A stretch of DNA of 63,999 nucleotides, filler included, from Folioceros fuciformis (Eukaryota), in the NCBI GenBank assembly GCA_049999805.1. It is 4 parts of 3 records of this genome, joined end to end, with 100 filler letters (N's around TTAATTAATTAA, not from the genome) between each part and the next. Parts side by side here need not be neighbours in the genome. Positions count along the whole stretch, not along the records: positions 1 to 31,776 come from JBNGIO010006274.1; 3 more parts are not named here. One strand, 5' to 3'. Position numbers and translations under genes: made by a program. The notes below the pieces were generated by a model, which saw nothing but the letters and a program-made list of their open reading frames with translations, was not told the origin of the DNA and made no database searches. Each line of letters starts with the position of its first letter. Position 1 is the stretch's first letter. Below, piece after piece: positions 1-14,148 of this stretch.

Positions 1-3
1 GTT

Positions 4-2236
4 ATGGAGAAGGTTGCTCGCATAACGTCAGTCCTGCGGCTGCCGGTGGAGAAGGTGGATGAAGTTAAGCACCTCCTCACCTCGTTTTCTGAGGACGGAT
101 GGGGCATAGGTAGATGGATCGACATTCTGGTGGCTGCCTGTGCATATATTGTGGTTCGACAAAGCCGGCTTCCCCTCACGCTGGTTGAGGTTGCTGTGAG
201 TGTTCACGGTCCCCTGGTTACGTGAAAGTTGTTCCGGCTTGACATATAGTGGTCAGACTTACTTGGTTTGTGTAACAGGAGGTTGTGACATGCCCTCCTG
301 CAGAACTTGGCCGCATGTTCAGCCGTGTGCTCCATACTTTGGATATAACCTTGGTATGTTGCACTACCCGATGTTCCTCGACCTCACTGTGTTGAACAAT
401 TGTCTTCTGGGAGACTCTAACGTTGCTTCCGATCGGTGCAGCCAGATACTGATCCTGCAATTTTCCTTGAACGGGCAATCACCTCACTTTCTGCTTTTGA
501 GGTGAGTCACGTTGTAAAAGTAGTTGCTATGGATTTTTGGTCCAGTTAATTGCTGCAAGCTTATAGGTACGCCTTTGTAGAGTATGACACGGAACACCAG
601 AAGAGACATGACCAAGCAAGGACTGCTGCTGCTGGAGTACTCTAAGGAGTGGTGTCTGACAACAGGACGGCATTCTTTGCCGGTAAGAGACACGCAGCAT
701 TCAGTATCAATCGTCACTTTCAGAACTGTTTCCTTTTCTGAATTTTTTACACGGACCAAAGGAAGATTGTTTGGTCACTGCAGGTCGTAGCTGCAATAAT
801 TTTGATATTGGCAGAATCAAGCAAGGTGAAATTGGGAGCTGCTGAAGTTTGTAGGGAGCTCCAAGCTTCTCAGACACGCACATCAATCAGGAGCAGGGAA
901 CTTAAGGTACTGCAACATTCCACCAGTTGTGTCACACCCCAGATTGGATGATTCCCTTGTGTGGTGTCAGCTTTAGGGCTAGGAAAGGTGTACTCGTCTG
1001 CTGCCTGCTTCATCTGACATTTTTCTTGTTAATATGTTGTCCATGCAAGCAAGCCCTTGTCGGATTTGCTCAGAGATTGCCCTGGGGCAAGGACATCTCA
1101 ATTAAAACTCTGCCTCGCCATCTGCCCTTTCTGTTGAAGGTGTGCAAGCTTATTTCCTTGGTGTCACTCCGGGTCTTAAGTTCTGAACGTATGTGAAGTC
1201 TTTGATTTCTTCCAGTGTGTTTGTCACTGAAGTCTTGTTTCCCTGTACTTGCAAACAGTACCTAGACATTAACTGCAAACCCAAAGCCAGGTCTGCAGAC
1301 CCGAACTCCAGGGGATCAGCACATCGTCAACAAGAGCTCAGTGTTGAGAGAGCAAAAATCTCTTCAGCAGCTGACTGCCCTGCTGCATCTCTACGGCATG
1401 CCCCATGCCATGCAACAGAATCAGCTGTGGAAGTCAGGTCTGGAGACTCCCGATCTCTATATAACAGTGTAGAGGGTGATGGCAGTCAAAAACGAAAGTA
1501 CGAAGACCTGATTAGGGAAGCTAGTGCAGAACAGGAGTGTGTCCGCAAATCCTCGCGATGTGAGGTCAGTGAGCAAGCACTCTGGGATGGTTTACCACCG
1601 GCATTTCATGCAAGTCGGGAGGCCAGAGAAAGGTACCAGTCTCAGCATGTTGCAAATTACTCTGAGAGGATGAGGGGTTAGGGGTTTTGACCTTTAACCT
1701 CATTTCCCGGATGTGTGATGTTACAGGAGGCAAGTCAAGATTGCTGCTGCAAAAGATCGGATTGCTGCAAAGAGGCGGGGATTAGAAAGTGAGCTCATCA
1801 TCGTAGGTGCAAATGAAGACGCAACCTGTCCAGCACCTGGCAGGAGGAAATGTGCCAGAGAAGGGCCAGGTCTTGATCGTGAGGATCTCTTAATAGAGCA
1901 TTTGATTCTTAATGGGGTAGGTGATTCGTGTGCCTATCCACCTTGGTAAGAGAAATGTGGTGACAGATTCAACGGCAACTCACGTGAGCCTTCTGTCTCA
2001 GACTGACGAACGAGGAATTGAAGATGGCTATTACCGGGCACTGCTAGCAGCCACTACCGGTGAAAATATCGCAGATGAGAATCTCTCTCAATATCTCCGA
2101 AGCGCATCTGAGGTAAGTTGGACACGTTTGCCCTCCTTTTGTTCAGTGTCCCTTGTCCTACTAAGATGTGATGGACTCGACGTAGGTTGCTTTCCTGAAA
2201 GCTCTAGAGGACGATCAGACAGAGGACAGCTTGTAA
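4..2236 (+). CDS. Plant TFIIB-related/BRF2-like transcription factor (PTF2-like), multi-exon, 5' end outside the window
   Basis: Cyclin-fold exons GWGIGRWIDILVAACAYIVVR, EVVTCPPAELGRMFSRVL and KQGLLLLEYSKEWCLTTGRHSLP joined by GT-AG introns. C-terminal ENIADENLSQYLRSASE|VAFLKALE resembles the BRF C-terminal region. Stop TAA at 2234-2236. Confidence 0.8.
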
Positions 2237-2972
2237 CTCGACAACCTTTGGGATCGTCCGCGTATGGTCTCTAAATCATGGAGGTAAGCGTAGGTTAAAC
2301 ACTTTTCGCCGCACATTTGAGATTCAACTTCTCAAATTACGACACTGATCTCTGAATTCGTGTGGCATAGATTGACGTCAAGCAAGGGATTACCCTGAAA
2401 CAAGGGACACATTCTCGACGATGAGCATTACACACAGCTTGCACCTCGAAGCTTTTTCCAGTTGTAATCATGTTTGTAACACCATGTACAAAATCTACTC
2501 TCTTTGTTCGTACTGTCAGAGATAAGACAGAGAGTGGACACAAGTTGTGACAAACCGACTCAAACAGAATTGGACGTAACCAACAGCAATTTGAAGTCAT
2601 TCCAACACCTGTGGACTGCACAGAAACGATGCATCCTCGATTTTCTCCGCACTGTATCTGTTAACCTCGTCCTGGCAGGGCGCACAGCTCAAACGTCCCC
2701 GGACATATCTGCGGTTAATATTACTTCCTAATCCTAATGGTTAGAACTCTCCAAGTCATGCTCAGACATCTGCCGGGCAAAAGAGAGAATCTCTGAATAC
2801 GCCTCTGACAGGCTCTGAAATGACTCTGAAGATCCAACATCAAGTTGGAAAACTCTATGTTCACCTGACTACTTCCAAAGAGAAAATCTCCGGTCTCCGC
2901 AGAATCACTGTAGGTCATGACAGACAAGACACTGGACATACAAGACATGAGGTATGAGAAGTCTTCCACCTG

Positions 2973-5120
2973 CTACGGGATTCCAGCTGAAAGAAAACAA
3001 TGGTTGAAGCAGCCAAACCATCGGGACTTCGTTGGCACAGCGTCCACATCCTTTATCCTCATGGGTGCCGTATCCTTCATGCTTGGGCTGAGTGGCTCTT
3101 TCTCCACAATGAGTACCTTTGGAGGTGGCGGCATTGCCATGCGGGCCGGAGGAGCAACAACAGGTGGTGGCAGCGTGACAGGCACTGCCGGTCTCTGGAT
3201 CATGACCGCCGGAGTGGCATTCCCCTCAGAAGGGAGGGAGAAGGAGAAGGCACTCAGCATACGCACCACTTGCCCGAAATTCGGGCGCACCTCGGGATCT
3301 TCTGCCCAACATGACTGCATGATGAACACCAGCTCCTCTGGCAAACCTTCAGAACAGTTTGGTCTCACTTTCTGTCAAACATAAAACCACGATAAGCACA
3401 GTTCACACCCAACATCAACTGACCAAGAATCCCAGCTTGCCGGCAGAACGAAAGACGAATGGTTTACAAGAAAACATACTCGCGTAAAAGCCACGTCTGG
3501 ACCTGGATAGAATAATACCTTGAACGCGGCTGCATACGCAGCTTGTAGGTTTGACATCCCTTCAAACGGCATTCGATTTGTCAACAGCTCCCACAAGACG
3601 ATAGCAAAACTGTACACGTCCACCTTATGGTTATAGTGCTTCTTTTCACCGTGCCTCAGGGTTACAGTGCTGTAGAGCTGCAACATTAACAACCATAACA
3701 CGTCAGAACATGAAGACCAGATAGTCTTAGAAAACGAGTCAAGTGTGACTGACGGAGGAAATTCAGACATCCAAAAGCAGAACGTAGATACAGGATTGTC
3801 ATCCACTCAAATCTCACCTCAGGGGCCATCCACCTGTAAGTTCCAGTCTCAGCTGTCATCATCTCAGTCAATGTTTCTTCCCTAGCAAGTCCAAAATCCA
3901 CCAGCTTCACAGTCTTCTGGTCCTCCGTCAGAAGGAGGTTGTCTGCTAAGAAGAACGGAGATCAGAGACCACACACTGGATGCTGAGAGAACTAATATTT
4001 CAGAACAGTGGGACGGGGGCATGTACCAGGCTTCAAATCACGATGAATGATGCCATTTGCGTGGAGACAGTCCATTGCCTGAGCAATATCGAGGGCAAAG
4101 CCGACTGCAACCCTAAGGTCCAGCTTCTTAGGCCGCAGACCCACAAGGTACTTGCGTAATGATTTGCCAGCAAGTAACTCCGTAACAACTACCATGACTG
4201 GCTCCTTACAGGCTCCCACAAACTGCGAAGAGAAACATAATGATTAACCAAGAGGACAGAGGTTTCTCCTTCTCTTCACGTAGGAAACTCGACATAGTCG
4301 ACTTCATTCTGGACAAGAGAAAGTGAGACTCAACCGTTGCTGGGGCCACGAACATAATCAGCGACAAGAAGAGCACGAGGCAACTCACCCTCACAAGATT
4401 CCTGTGCCGTACTCTGGACAACATGGCCACTTCTCGGGTAAACCGGGCATCAGCTTTATCAGCATCCTCAGCTTTATCCGAGAGCTGCATAATCTTTACA
4501 GCAACGTTTTGGTCTTGGTACCTACAGCAGGGCACAGCCGAAGCACATTGAAAGAATGAAAGAAGTCCAAGAATTGTTCCACGCTCTTCTTGTCCTAAAG
4601 AGCCAAGTGTAGCTCCACAGCCACCCGCGCCGCAGAGCGAGCAATCCAAAATGCCACAGCCTCCAACACAAGCACGAGATAAGAAGCTGAGGACTTGAAA
4701 AATTAGCAAACAATTCAACCGCACCAACCAGCGCCGGCCACACTCGAAGAAGCATAGCAGACAAACGGCAGCAAAACACGGCCTGGGGCGGCAGCCAGCT
4801 GACGAGGCCGCTACGAAAATAAAAGCACCTCCTGACGGCGGTGCAGGCAAGAGGACTCACTTCCCCTCGTAGACCTTGCCGTGCGCACCCTCCCCGATTT
4901 TGGGGCCCACATAGAGCAGCTTGGGATCGATGAGGCAGCTCTGATCCCACACGAAGTCGAAGGCCATGCCATTAGGCGACGGCAGGGGCGGCGCAGCACG
5001 GAGCCCCTCCCGCTGCTGCTGCTGCAGCTGCTTGGGAGTCTCCGGGAGCACGCGAGCCCCCTTCACATTCTCGTTCCGCAGCAACAGGCGCTCCTCGCTG
5101 GCGCCCGCGCGGGCATACAT
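2973..5120 (-). CDS. Raf-like Ser/Thr/Tyr protein kinase (HT1/ATN1-like group C MAPKKK), multi-exon
   Basis: Kinase motifs across exons: [74 protein letters not shown]. Pro-rich tail. ATG at 5120. Confidence 0.93.
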
Positions 5121-6056
5121 TTTGGTGTTGCACGAAGCTAAAAAGGCAAGAATAAATATGCACTCAGGCTTCAGCCGGGGCGTCCATCGCTGGCGGCTGC
5201 CATCACGCAAGAGCAAGCACTGCCAGCCATGGCATCCCAGGCGTGCCTAGGGCAAGCGCGGGGCCTCCTCCTTCACACCACCGGCGGCCTCCTCCTGCGC
5301 TTCCTGTGCGCAAGAGCCAAGCCGGGAGGTCTGCACCTGGAACCGCCCCCGAGCCGGAGCGCAGCATGCTAGACCCACAGCCGATACCGGACGCCACCAC
5401 CAATCCGGCATCGCCCAGCTGCTCCTGCTCCAACTTCCTCCTCCCGCCCACTCCCGGCTGACATCCCCTATCCCCTCCCTTCCCTTTCCCTCCTCTTCCT
5501 TCACTGGCCTTCTCTTGCCCTCACCTCGCCCCGCCTCACGCAGAAGAGCAGAGAACCCGGGAAGCAGGCGAGGAAGATGCTACACAGGGCGGGCGGAGAG
5601 CCCAGGTCCCGGCGAAACTGGCGCTCACTCCACAGCGCCATCAGGGCAGCGGCGAAACCCAGGCTCGCGTCGGCGTCAGGTTGCTGCAGAGCCGTGTCGG
5701 TGGCGGTATGGGTTTCGGTACGGGAACGCCGGCATTTGCCGCTTGGGCCCGCGCGACTAGAGGAGACCGACGACCCGGCCCTGTGTCCCCGCCGCAACGC
5801 TGCGCTATGCTACAGGTGGCCGACGCAGAGGATTTCGTTTCCGTGAAAGGCAGATCCCGGGGGCCCGGGTGAGAGGCGTGGCGTCACTGTTTGGCACAGA
5901 GACTGGCAACAAACCTGACCTGTTCAATTCTTGGTAGGAGCCTGTCACCGCCATCACCAACGCGCGGACAAGGGCGACCATGCGGAGGCGCGGCAAGCGC
6001 AGCGCAGTCGACAGCCTATCTACTTCCTCCACGCGATGTGCGTACCTAACTGCGAT

Positions 6057-9000
6057 CTACCATCGCTCTCCCAAGCTGACCTTGAAGGAACCTGTCCCGT
6101 TGCCACACTCCACAACATACTCGGCTCGCACTAGTCCAAGATACACGCCAGCGCCGTAGGCTGTGCCGCGTCGTAGTCGCCTCCACAGCCTGGCGGGGTC
6201 CCGCACACTCCCGAGGTCGGCTCCAGTCTCTACGTACGCGTACACCTGACTTTTCTGCAAAGGCATCCGCACCTCTGCAGCGACCTGCTGTAAGACAGAC
6301 AGGAAACAAACAGCCACAAGAAGCAAGGTCAGAGATCTGGATCCAGCCTTCGTTTTCTGTACCCCGCGAAGCATGCGGCAAAACGCATCCCACAGGTCCG
6401 CCACCTCCGCATTACCTCCAGCAAGTGCCGGCTTCGGCTCAGCTCGCCTTCGTTCTGAGCTCGCAAAGCGTATGGACCTCCGGTGGTGAAAGATTGGTAC
6501 CTAGGGACATCCCCGACACAGCCGCCGTAATGGCCGTGGAGGATGAGGACGCGGGGCGGCTCGTCTGCCTGGGCCGGCACGTTCCCTAGCAGCATGAACC
6601 TCGTCATGCCGAGCTGGTGCCTGTTAAACATCGGGGAATTCCGACCGATGCCAAGCCCTTGGTCCACCTGCAACCACGGCAAGCAAGGGGAGTTGATTCC
6701 ATGCATCCTCACGAGCGAGACCCAAACCAGAAGGCGGGAAGAGGAATGTATGACGATCTTACCTGAAATACATCCCGAGACCCGATCTGCGCGCCGTTCA
6801 CAAAGGTAGTGTTGTCTCGGGTGATCTTGCTCTGGAAGAAAGCAAGATGTTCGATTCCTGAACCCTCGAGGTCTCCCCAGTTTCCGAGACGGTACAGGCC
6901 GTGATTTTGGATCACGCTCGCTTCATCGCGTGTGGCAACTTCCTCCAGAACCACCCCGTAGGTTAGCTTGCTTCGTTTTGTGAAGTTCTGCCACCGGGAT
7001 CGTCACAAACTTAGCCAGTAGCGAGAGGTCTCAAGAAAGAAAAAACGAAGGTTGTGACGGGTGTGAACATAGTGGATCACCTACCTCTGTCACGTTGATC
7101 TTAATACCAGCACGGTCCACCCACATGGCTGGTGGCTGATGGACGCTGGCAAACACTGCAGTAAGTTTCCTCTTGTTGAAACAGCTGGCTCGGAATGTCC
7201 GATTCATGTCACTGTCGTGGCCGTCCAAGTAAGGGTGCAAGTATTCAAGTTTGAAGCGGAGATCATCCTGCTAAGAAGGCATCACATTGCAATGTCCGAT
7301 GGCTCAGCCACAAGCACTTCGTATACCTCACCACGAACTGAGTGCGCGGGCATCATCAGAACAATATCAGGTGCACGCACCTGCGGTTGAAGAATATTAG
7401 TTGTCGCAATTGAGGCACAGACAGATCGGTTCAGACCCATAATATTTCGATGCTCAACAAACAAGCTGCCTCCGGGTTGCAAGGTGCCCTGTTCTTCACC
7501 ACCACGTGCACGAGTACTGATCAGCACACACAGAGATGGCTTCGAGAGGATCTTGTCATAGACATTGTAGGAGGCAGAAAGATAGAACAGGGTGGACAGT
7601 GGGTGTACCAGGTCGGGCCTCCCATTTTCGTTGGTCAAGAAGCTCCATTCAGTGTCAACATGGGCACATTTGACGGGCCGCTCACTGACAACCACATCCA
7701 ACATGACGCCACCGTCATCAGCAAGCTCAGTGTCTAGCTGAGGAGTCACTTGCACTTTGTCAAAGAGGCGTAGCTGAAAAATGTTGTGCAGGGCAGCCTT
7801 TCCTGCATCAACATTGTATGGCATCCCTTCTCTTACCTGCAATCAGTATTTTATCGGACTCCGTGCGGCTTATATGACCTCTACAAAGGTACCAGTTCTG
7901 AGACTCAAATGTTCACCTTAAAGCTACTCAACCACTAGAAAAGAGGACAAGAGGAGATGTCCGGAGACCAGTCACTGACCATTTTTGGCAGCTCACGAAA
8001 TATGACGCAATCCCTGGTGTGACCCGGCACACGTCTCCCATTCTTGTCCTCATAGAAGATGCGCAGCCTCGTAATGTCTCCCTCGAAGACATTGAACTGC
8101 AATGCACCATCCACAACGCCTCCAAAACTCTTAACCTTGGCATAATTGTAGCCATTCGAACGGTACCAGCCTTCCACCTTTTCATGGATGGTAGCAAGAG
8201 TGTGCACAGTCACATTCCCTTGCTCCTGCAACCACCTTGCAATATCCCTTTGAAAATCAAGAGGCAATAAACACCTCCTCGATCTCCTTGCAACCTTCTG
8301 CAGCTTATTCAAATCTGTCCTCTCACTACGAGAGTGCTCTGAGCTCCAGCTAGCAGCCCCAGCGCCACCGTTGCCATCCCGCCGCTCACTTTGAGAAATC
8401 GACTGTGCGGATTCATTCATCGATAACCCGACTTCCGAATCCTTCCTGTGTCTTGCGTCAGTCCGGCAAGGGGCGTCCACTTTAATAAACCTGCAGCGTG
8501 CCACACCTGGGTGCTCAAACCCTTGAGCTTCAATGACAACCTTCATCCCCTTACCATCTTTCTCTTGGACACAATATCCCTTCACGTACTCGTACCACCC
8601 AATCCGAAAAATCTCAGACAGGGTTGCTTCAACGTCTTCCCGGGTGAAGGCCGACCCAGCTGCTAATCCGTTGAAACCACAAGGCAACAAGGATGCATCC
8701 AACACTGCTCCTCCAGCATCTACGAGCTGCACAGAAGTGCAATGATATTTCCTCCTTGCTTCCAGGTCACTGACCGGCACTACTGTGTGCCCATCTTGGC
8801 CGTTCCCCTGTTTTCCTTTGCCCAGCAAACCCCCAACGCTACACCTCTCGGAGCTATCCCCGCCATCAGAGTTACTGCCATCCCCGCCACCTCCGCCAAA
8901 GCTCCCCCCTCCTTCGCCGTCGCCTCCTCGACCGCCTCCCCCTCCGACATCCGCGGTCCCCTGTCCAGAATCGTGGTCTACAAGAAGCGCGAATAAATTA

Positions 9001-9422
9001 TTCAGCATTCCAACTGCTCCTCGAATCTGCTCCAGCATTCTAATCAGAATGCCGTGGGGCAGTGAAGCCTTGGAGACGTCTGCAACCCCGTCCCTGGCGT
9101 AAACAGCTGAAACCAAGCAATTCCCTACCGCTCTAGAATAACAGGTGTGCTCCAACGAATCTGCGAAAGCCCCAAGCCCGTAGCAGCCATGCAGACAGAG
9201 ACGGGGCTGGAAGCCGAAAACGAAAAACCCCGGTAGACTGTCCCCTCTACTCCCGACTGTCTTGCTGGATTGTAGGGACGCGCACAAGTGGTTGGGGGCA
9301 TACTGGAACGTTTTGGCCCACCATGCGGGCCAGGACGAGGAAGAAGGGAGAAGCAGCTTGGATTGTCCGCACCGGACATCGCAACTGCCAAGGAGATGGC
9401 TGGGGTCAGCAGCGCAGCCCAT
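6057..9422 (-). CDS. TOC75: Toc75-III-like chloroplast outer-envelope Omp85 translocon channel (divergent), multi-exon
   Basis: Transit-peptide region with a poly-Gly stretch (about 8880-8950). POTRA segments EKVEGWYRSNGY and GHTRDCVIFRELP. Barrel segments QPGGSLFVEHRNIMGLNRS, HPYLDG, VDRAGIKINVTE, VDQGLGIG and HGHYGGCVGDVP. Ends VSLGERW*. Start codon tentative. Confidence 0.9.
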
Positions 9423-9620
9423 TCCGACGCTCCCGCGCTGTCAGAGCCGTGGGGAGCGCGTCGCCATCGCCGATCCCCTCTCCGGTGTCGTGACCGTACT
9501 CGCCGGAGTGCGAACCAACAATCAAACCTAGCTGCTTTCCTCACGGAGGAATACTAACCGTAGACTTATTATACAGGACAAGACGAGAGAATAGTAGTAA
9601 CCCGCGTGTGAAAAACGACA

Positions 9621-11395
9621 TCAGGATGGGAGCCGGAGTCCCGAAAAAGCTCCTACATCTAAGACCTCTCGCAAGCTGACTATCGAGCCCAGCTCGATAG
9701 AGCGCTGAGCAGCCACCCCCACGGCCACAGACAGCAACCCCTCTTGCAAAGTCACAGCCGGGGGCCTCTGCCCATGCGATTTCACTGCCTCCATGAATTC
9801 CATGTGCTCCAGGTAGCTGGATCCGTGGTGCAATCCTTCCCACCTGCCAAACACAAGAAATTCTAAGCAGGAAGACCTGGTCTTGACAAACAGTGTCTCT
9901 CAAGTGACGGTGCGTTACTTGACTCTGTCGTCGTGAACGTGGAACGTCTTCACTCCCTCTCTGCCTTCCGATCTTAGGCCCAGTCTGACAACGCCCTCGG
10001 ACACCAGTGCCTCCCCCTAAAATTCAACCAAGTCACAGTAAGCCAGAGGACTTCCCCGGGCCTCCATGCGCGATGGCTTGCGCATGTGCTTTCAGGCGAG
10101 CACCAGAGCGATCTCCCTCACCTTTCCTAGATCGCCAACAACGCTAATTTCTTGCTCGTTGCGGCTGCCTTCGGCAAACATACACAGATCCAGAGTTGCT
10201 CGTGATCCATTGTCGTACTCGATGATCACGAACGCGTTATCAAGAATGTCCGGAACCTGTCAGAGCACAGTCCAGGCAGCATTGCTTTCGGCCCAGGTCG
10301 TGATGCACAGCAGAATTCCACACTACCAGCAGGAGAGTGGAGGTGTAGGACAGGTCCAGACCGACTTACCTCACCATCGTAACTTTCATCCAGGTGATTC
10401 ACACTTTGTGCACCCGAAGCCATGACGCGAGCAGGAGTCGCTCCCGTTATCAGATTCATAAGGTCAAAGAAATGGCAGCACTTCTCCACCAGAGTGCCTC
10501 CGCTATTCCTGTTAAACCGATTCCAGTTGTTCACCTGCAATCAGAGGATTCATCATAGTGCAAGTAGTTCATCCAAACCTGCTGTTTCCCCTCCAAGCAA
10601 GCTCAAGGAGACGCAGCAAAAGCAAGAAACCAAGCCTGACCTTAACAAGGAAAGGAAATCTATGCTCCCTGATGGCAACCATCCTGACCGGTCCGATCGT
10701 ACCGGCCTTCACTTCCTCAATCAACCTGGCGACAGGAGGCATGTAGCGATACTCGAGCCCGACCTGCAGGAGGATGTCCTTTCTCGCCTCCGCTGCCACC
10801 AGCACCTGCAACCTCCGGTTCGCATCCCTCAGTTAGCATCGACACACATCTGCTCCACCACTCCAAATCTTCCCGTCCGTCGTACACCGCAGCATCGCCA
10901 GCTACCTACCCGCTTACAGTCCTCCACTGTCGTGCACAGCGGCTTCTCCACCAGTATGTGGTGAGGCTTGGGATGGCTCAGCACGTCCAGCAGAATGGCC
11001 GCGTGCGTCATGTTAGGCGTGGCAACGACCAACACATCGCAGATGCCGCTATCGAGCAGCTCCTTGTGATTGGAGAACACCTGGATCATTTCAAACTCTT
11101 CAAAAGACGCACAAGTTGAGCTCCAACGTTAAGACTGCGACAGGCCCCGCGCCTCAGGCGCCATCGTCCGATTACTGACCTGCAGAGAAGGCGCGTGAGG
11201 CGCGAGAGAGGCGGCCACAGCGATGGCAGCCTGCTGCGAGCCCGGGAAGGGATCGGCCACAGCCACCACGGATGCCCCGGGGAGGAAGGCCAGATTGCAC
11301 ATGTGTTCTCGTCCCATCATGCCTGCCCCCACAATTCCGTATCGCACGTTGCGGGGCTCGTCCCCTTCTGGCGTGACGTTGCTCCTGATCGTCAT
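9621..11395 (-). CDS. Gfo/Idh/MocA family NAD(P)-binding oxidoreductase (inositol 2-dehydrogenase-like), multi-exon
   Basis: [15 protein letters not shown]ossmann motif, [32 protein letters not shown] and [11 protein letters not shown] on GT-AG-bounded exons. Confidence 0.92.
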
Positions 11396-11770
11396 CTCTG
11401 CAGACTGCTTGCGAATTACAGAATTCGTGAAACCAGCTAGCGCGTTGCACAAGTGCCGCAAGAAGCTCGCACAGTTGGAATTGATAACACATTCCCCGCA
11501 GCCCGGTGGACAGAATGGACAGATGAGCAACATTCAGATATGCTCCGTCACTGCAGGCCCAGGTTCAGTGTATTTGGACGTGCCCGCGCACAGAGCCCTA
11601 GACCACAATAGCCTGCGGATTGCGGAATATTTGCCGTGTCCGAATCTACTTCGAGGCATACTTGTACCCCGATAGGTGACATAACGAGTCACGCTATGAG
11701 GTCCCTATTCCCTGGGACCCAGCATGGTGATAGGTGGAACTGCCGGGAGACGTCTTGAAAATACGTGACT

Positions 11771-14148
11771 CTACGTAGCAAGGCGTTTGGTCGCCTCGTC
11801 CAGCGCCGCCACTGTGGGGGCGGACACACAGAGGGAACTGTTACTACTAGCAGGGAAACGGGGTGCAACGATAGGTCCATGCGACTCAAGGAGGCCAATG
11901 CAGAGAGGAGAGGAGAGGATTGTCACCATGGTCGTCATCCAAGCTCCAAGTCAAGACGTCGCAATGGTCGTGAGCTTGTTTCAAACTCTTGCACCTGTAT
12001 GTACACATGTGCACACAGAAGCGTCGAGGTGAAGGAGGTGCCGTACAAAAGACTGGAACACGTGCTGACACAATGAGACAAGGCTAGGTTTCCATATATG
12101 TATGTAGTTCAATCACCCTGGTATCGGCACTGCACCCTTGGCAATTATATAGTTCAGCGCGACCTGACACAGAAACCACACACTGCAAGTTGGAAGCGTC
12201 TCGCAGCATGCCAGACATATCGAGATATGCAACACCTTGACATCTTTCTTTCACACACAAAGCTTTCTCGCACCTGAGAGATGGATTTTCCTCCCTTCTG
12301 TGACCCGATCGTTTTGAGCAAGTTGAGGAGTGGTTGTACCTGCAAGGGTATGAAAGGAAGAAACTGGTTGAAGCAGAAGGTGCCAAAGAGAAGGAAGAAA
12401 CTGGTTGAAACAGGGGTTCCCAAACACAAGTAACATGTATGAATGTCCTGGATGTGTTGCAACCACCATGAATTGGGCAGGCACTGATGAAGTCACCTTC
12501 TGAGCCTTGCCATCGGTACTTCCGATGTTCTTCTCACTTAGCAAGCCCGAAGCAAGAGGAGAGTATGCAATCAGTGTGATGTTCCGGTCCTGCACGGCAG
12601 CAAGATCCACCTCAAGTATCAGACACTTTGAAACGTAAGTAGCCCTACAGTGCTCTCCAAGCATTTGTCGTATGCAGCTGTCAACGCCACATTTCCTTAA
12701 AACACCCGCAAAGCATGATTTCTGTTGCTCCTGCTCACCCAGTGGCCTTTGATATGATGTTATACTATGACCTATTGAATACCTTGCAGGCCTGAAGAAG
12801 GCCATCACTCTCTGGGGTCCGATGCAGTAAGCTGGAAAAGAGTGACGAAAACTCTTACTCCCCCACACTTCAACTGCTCCTGACGAGGCAGACTTACTGC
12901 TTGCCCATGGAGAACCATCCAGTTACCTGTATCTTACTTGGTTGGAAGCAAGTGGGATGCCGTAGCCTGCTAGGATATCGGCTGCCTCTTCCATCTACAC
13001 CGGTACAGTGATAGTCCGAGCGTGAGCACTCGAAAGAGGATGCTGTAGACAGACCAACGTATTGTAAACTCACCTGAAACAGGCATTCAAGCTCACCTGG
13101 GCTTTAGAATAATTGGAAACACCAACAGCAGTGGTGAGACCAGCTTCGACTGCCTCCTTCAAACTTTCCATCAAGGCAGCGTTGCTGAACGTGGGGAAGG
13201 GGAAGTGAATCTGGGAATGAGTAAGACAGTCAGAACTTAGTGCTAACCCTCACCCTCCCCCTCACACTCGTCCCAGCAATTGAGACGTGAGGCATTCTTT
13301 CTCAGTACCTGGTAAAGGTCGACACTGTCCTTGCCTAGTCGCTTCAAGCTCTCTTTAAGAGCCGACAACAAAGACTTTCTTCCCAATCTGAATCCTCCTC
13401 CTGGGGTCACACGCCTCAAGTCATTCTAAGTCCAATACCTAATGAAGCAGCACCTGAACACCAAAATACGCAACATGTAAAACAGCACACCCGCAGCTCC
13501 ACTTCGAGACAACAATCCCAACGATCGTGACTGTGAAGCACGCACCAACCAGTAAGTTTGTCCAGGGGATGGTGAAAAACTTAGTGGCCACCACAGGCGA
13601 GCCAGAGCCGGCATCCTGCTGACACCCGGCCACGAAAGTTCCGAGCAACTGCTCTGAAGACGTTCCGTTCGGGATCCCCTTGTAGCCGTAGACCTGAGAA
13701 AGCTCTACATCAAATGCACAATTGGTGCTAGTCTGAATGCCGGGTGAAGCAGGGAGCAACCACGCAGCTACACACCTCCGCAGTGTCGAAGAAATTAATT
13801 CCACCCTTGACCAGCTGTTTGAAGACGTTGTTCAGACTGTCCTGATCGTAGCTGTCCCCGAAACCGCACCTTGCGTCTCCCCATTGCAGTGTCCCCACGC
13901 CCAGTTTGGAAATGCGAAGAGGCGTGTTTCCTAGCGTGACCGCGGCTGTCAAGACATGGTATTACCAATCAGTCCGTTTCCAACGGCAAGCCTGTGAATG
14001 GGAAGGAATGAGGCTGGGACTGACGGTCACATATACCCAGGGGACTGTCGCGAGACGAGGCGAGCTGCGCAGAGCAGGAAAACGTTCCCAGCTTCCGGCA
14101 GACAGTGACTTGCGGCTGGAGCCATGGGCAGACCGAGGCAGAAGCCAT
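11771..14148 (-). CDS. Aldo/keto reductase (pyridoxal reductase-like), probably plastid-targeted, multi-exon
   Basis: ISKLGVGTLQWGD, GINFFDTAEVYG, VVATKF, IAYSPLASGLL, VALNYIIAKGAVPIPG and final exon VAALDEATKRLAT*. N-terminal MASASVCPWLQ looks like a transit peptide. Confidence 0.88.

Noticed and set aside
5203-6040. Overlapping ORFs between the kinase and Toc75
   Set aside because: GC-rich promoter and 5' UTR sequence with no motifs.
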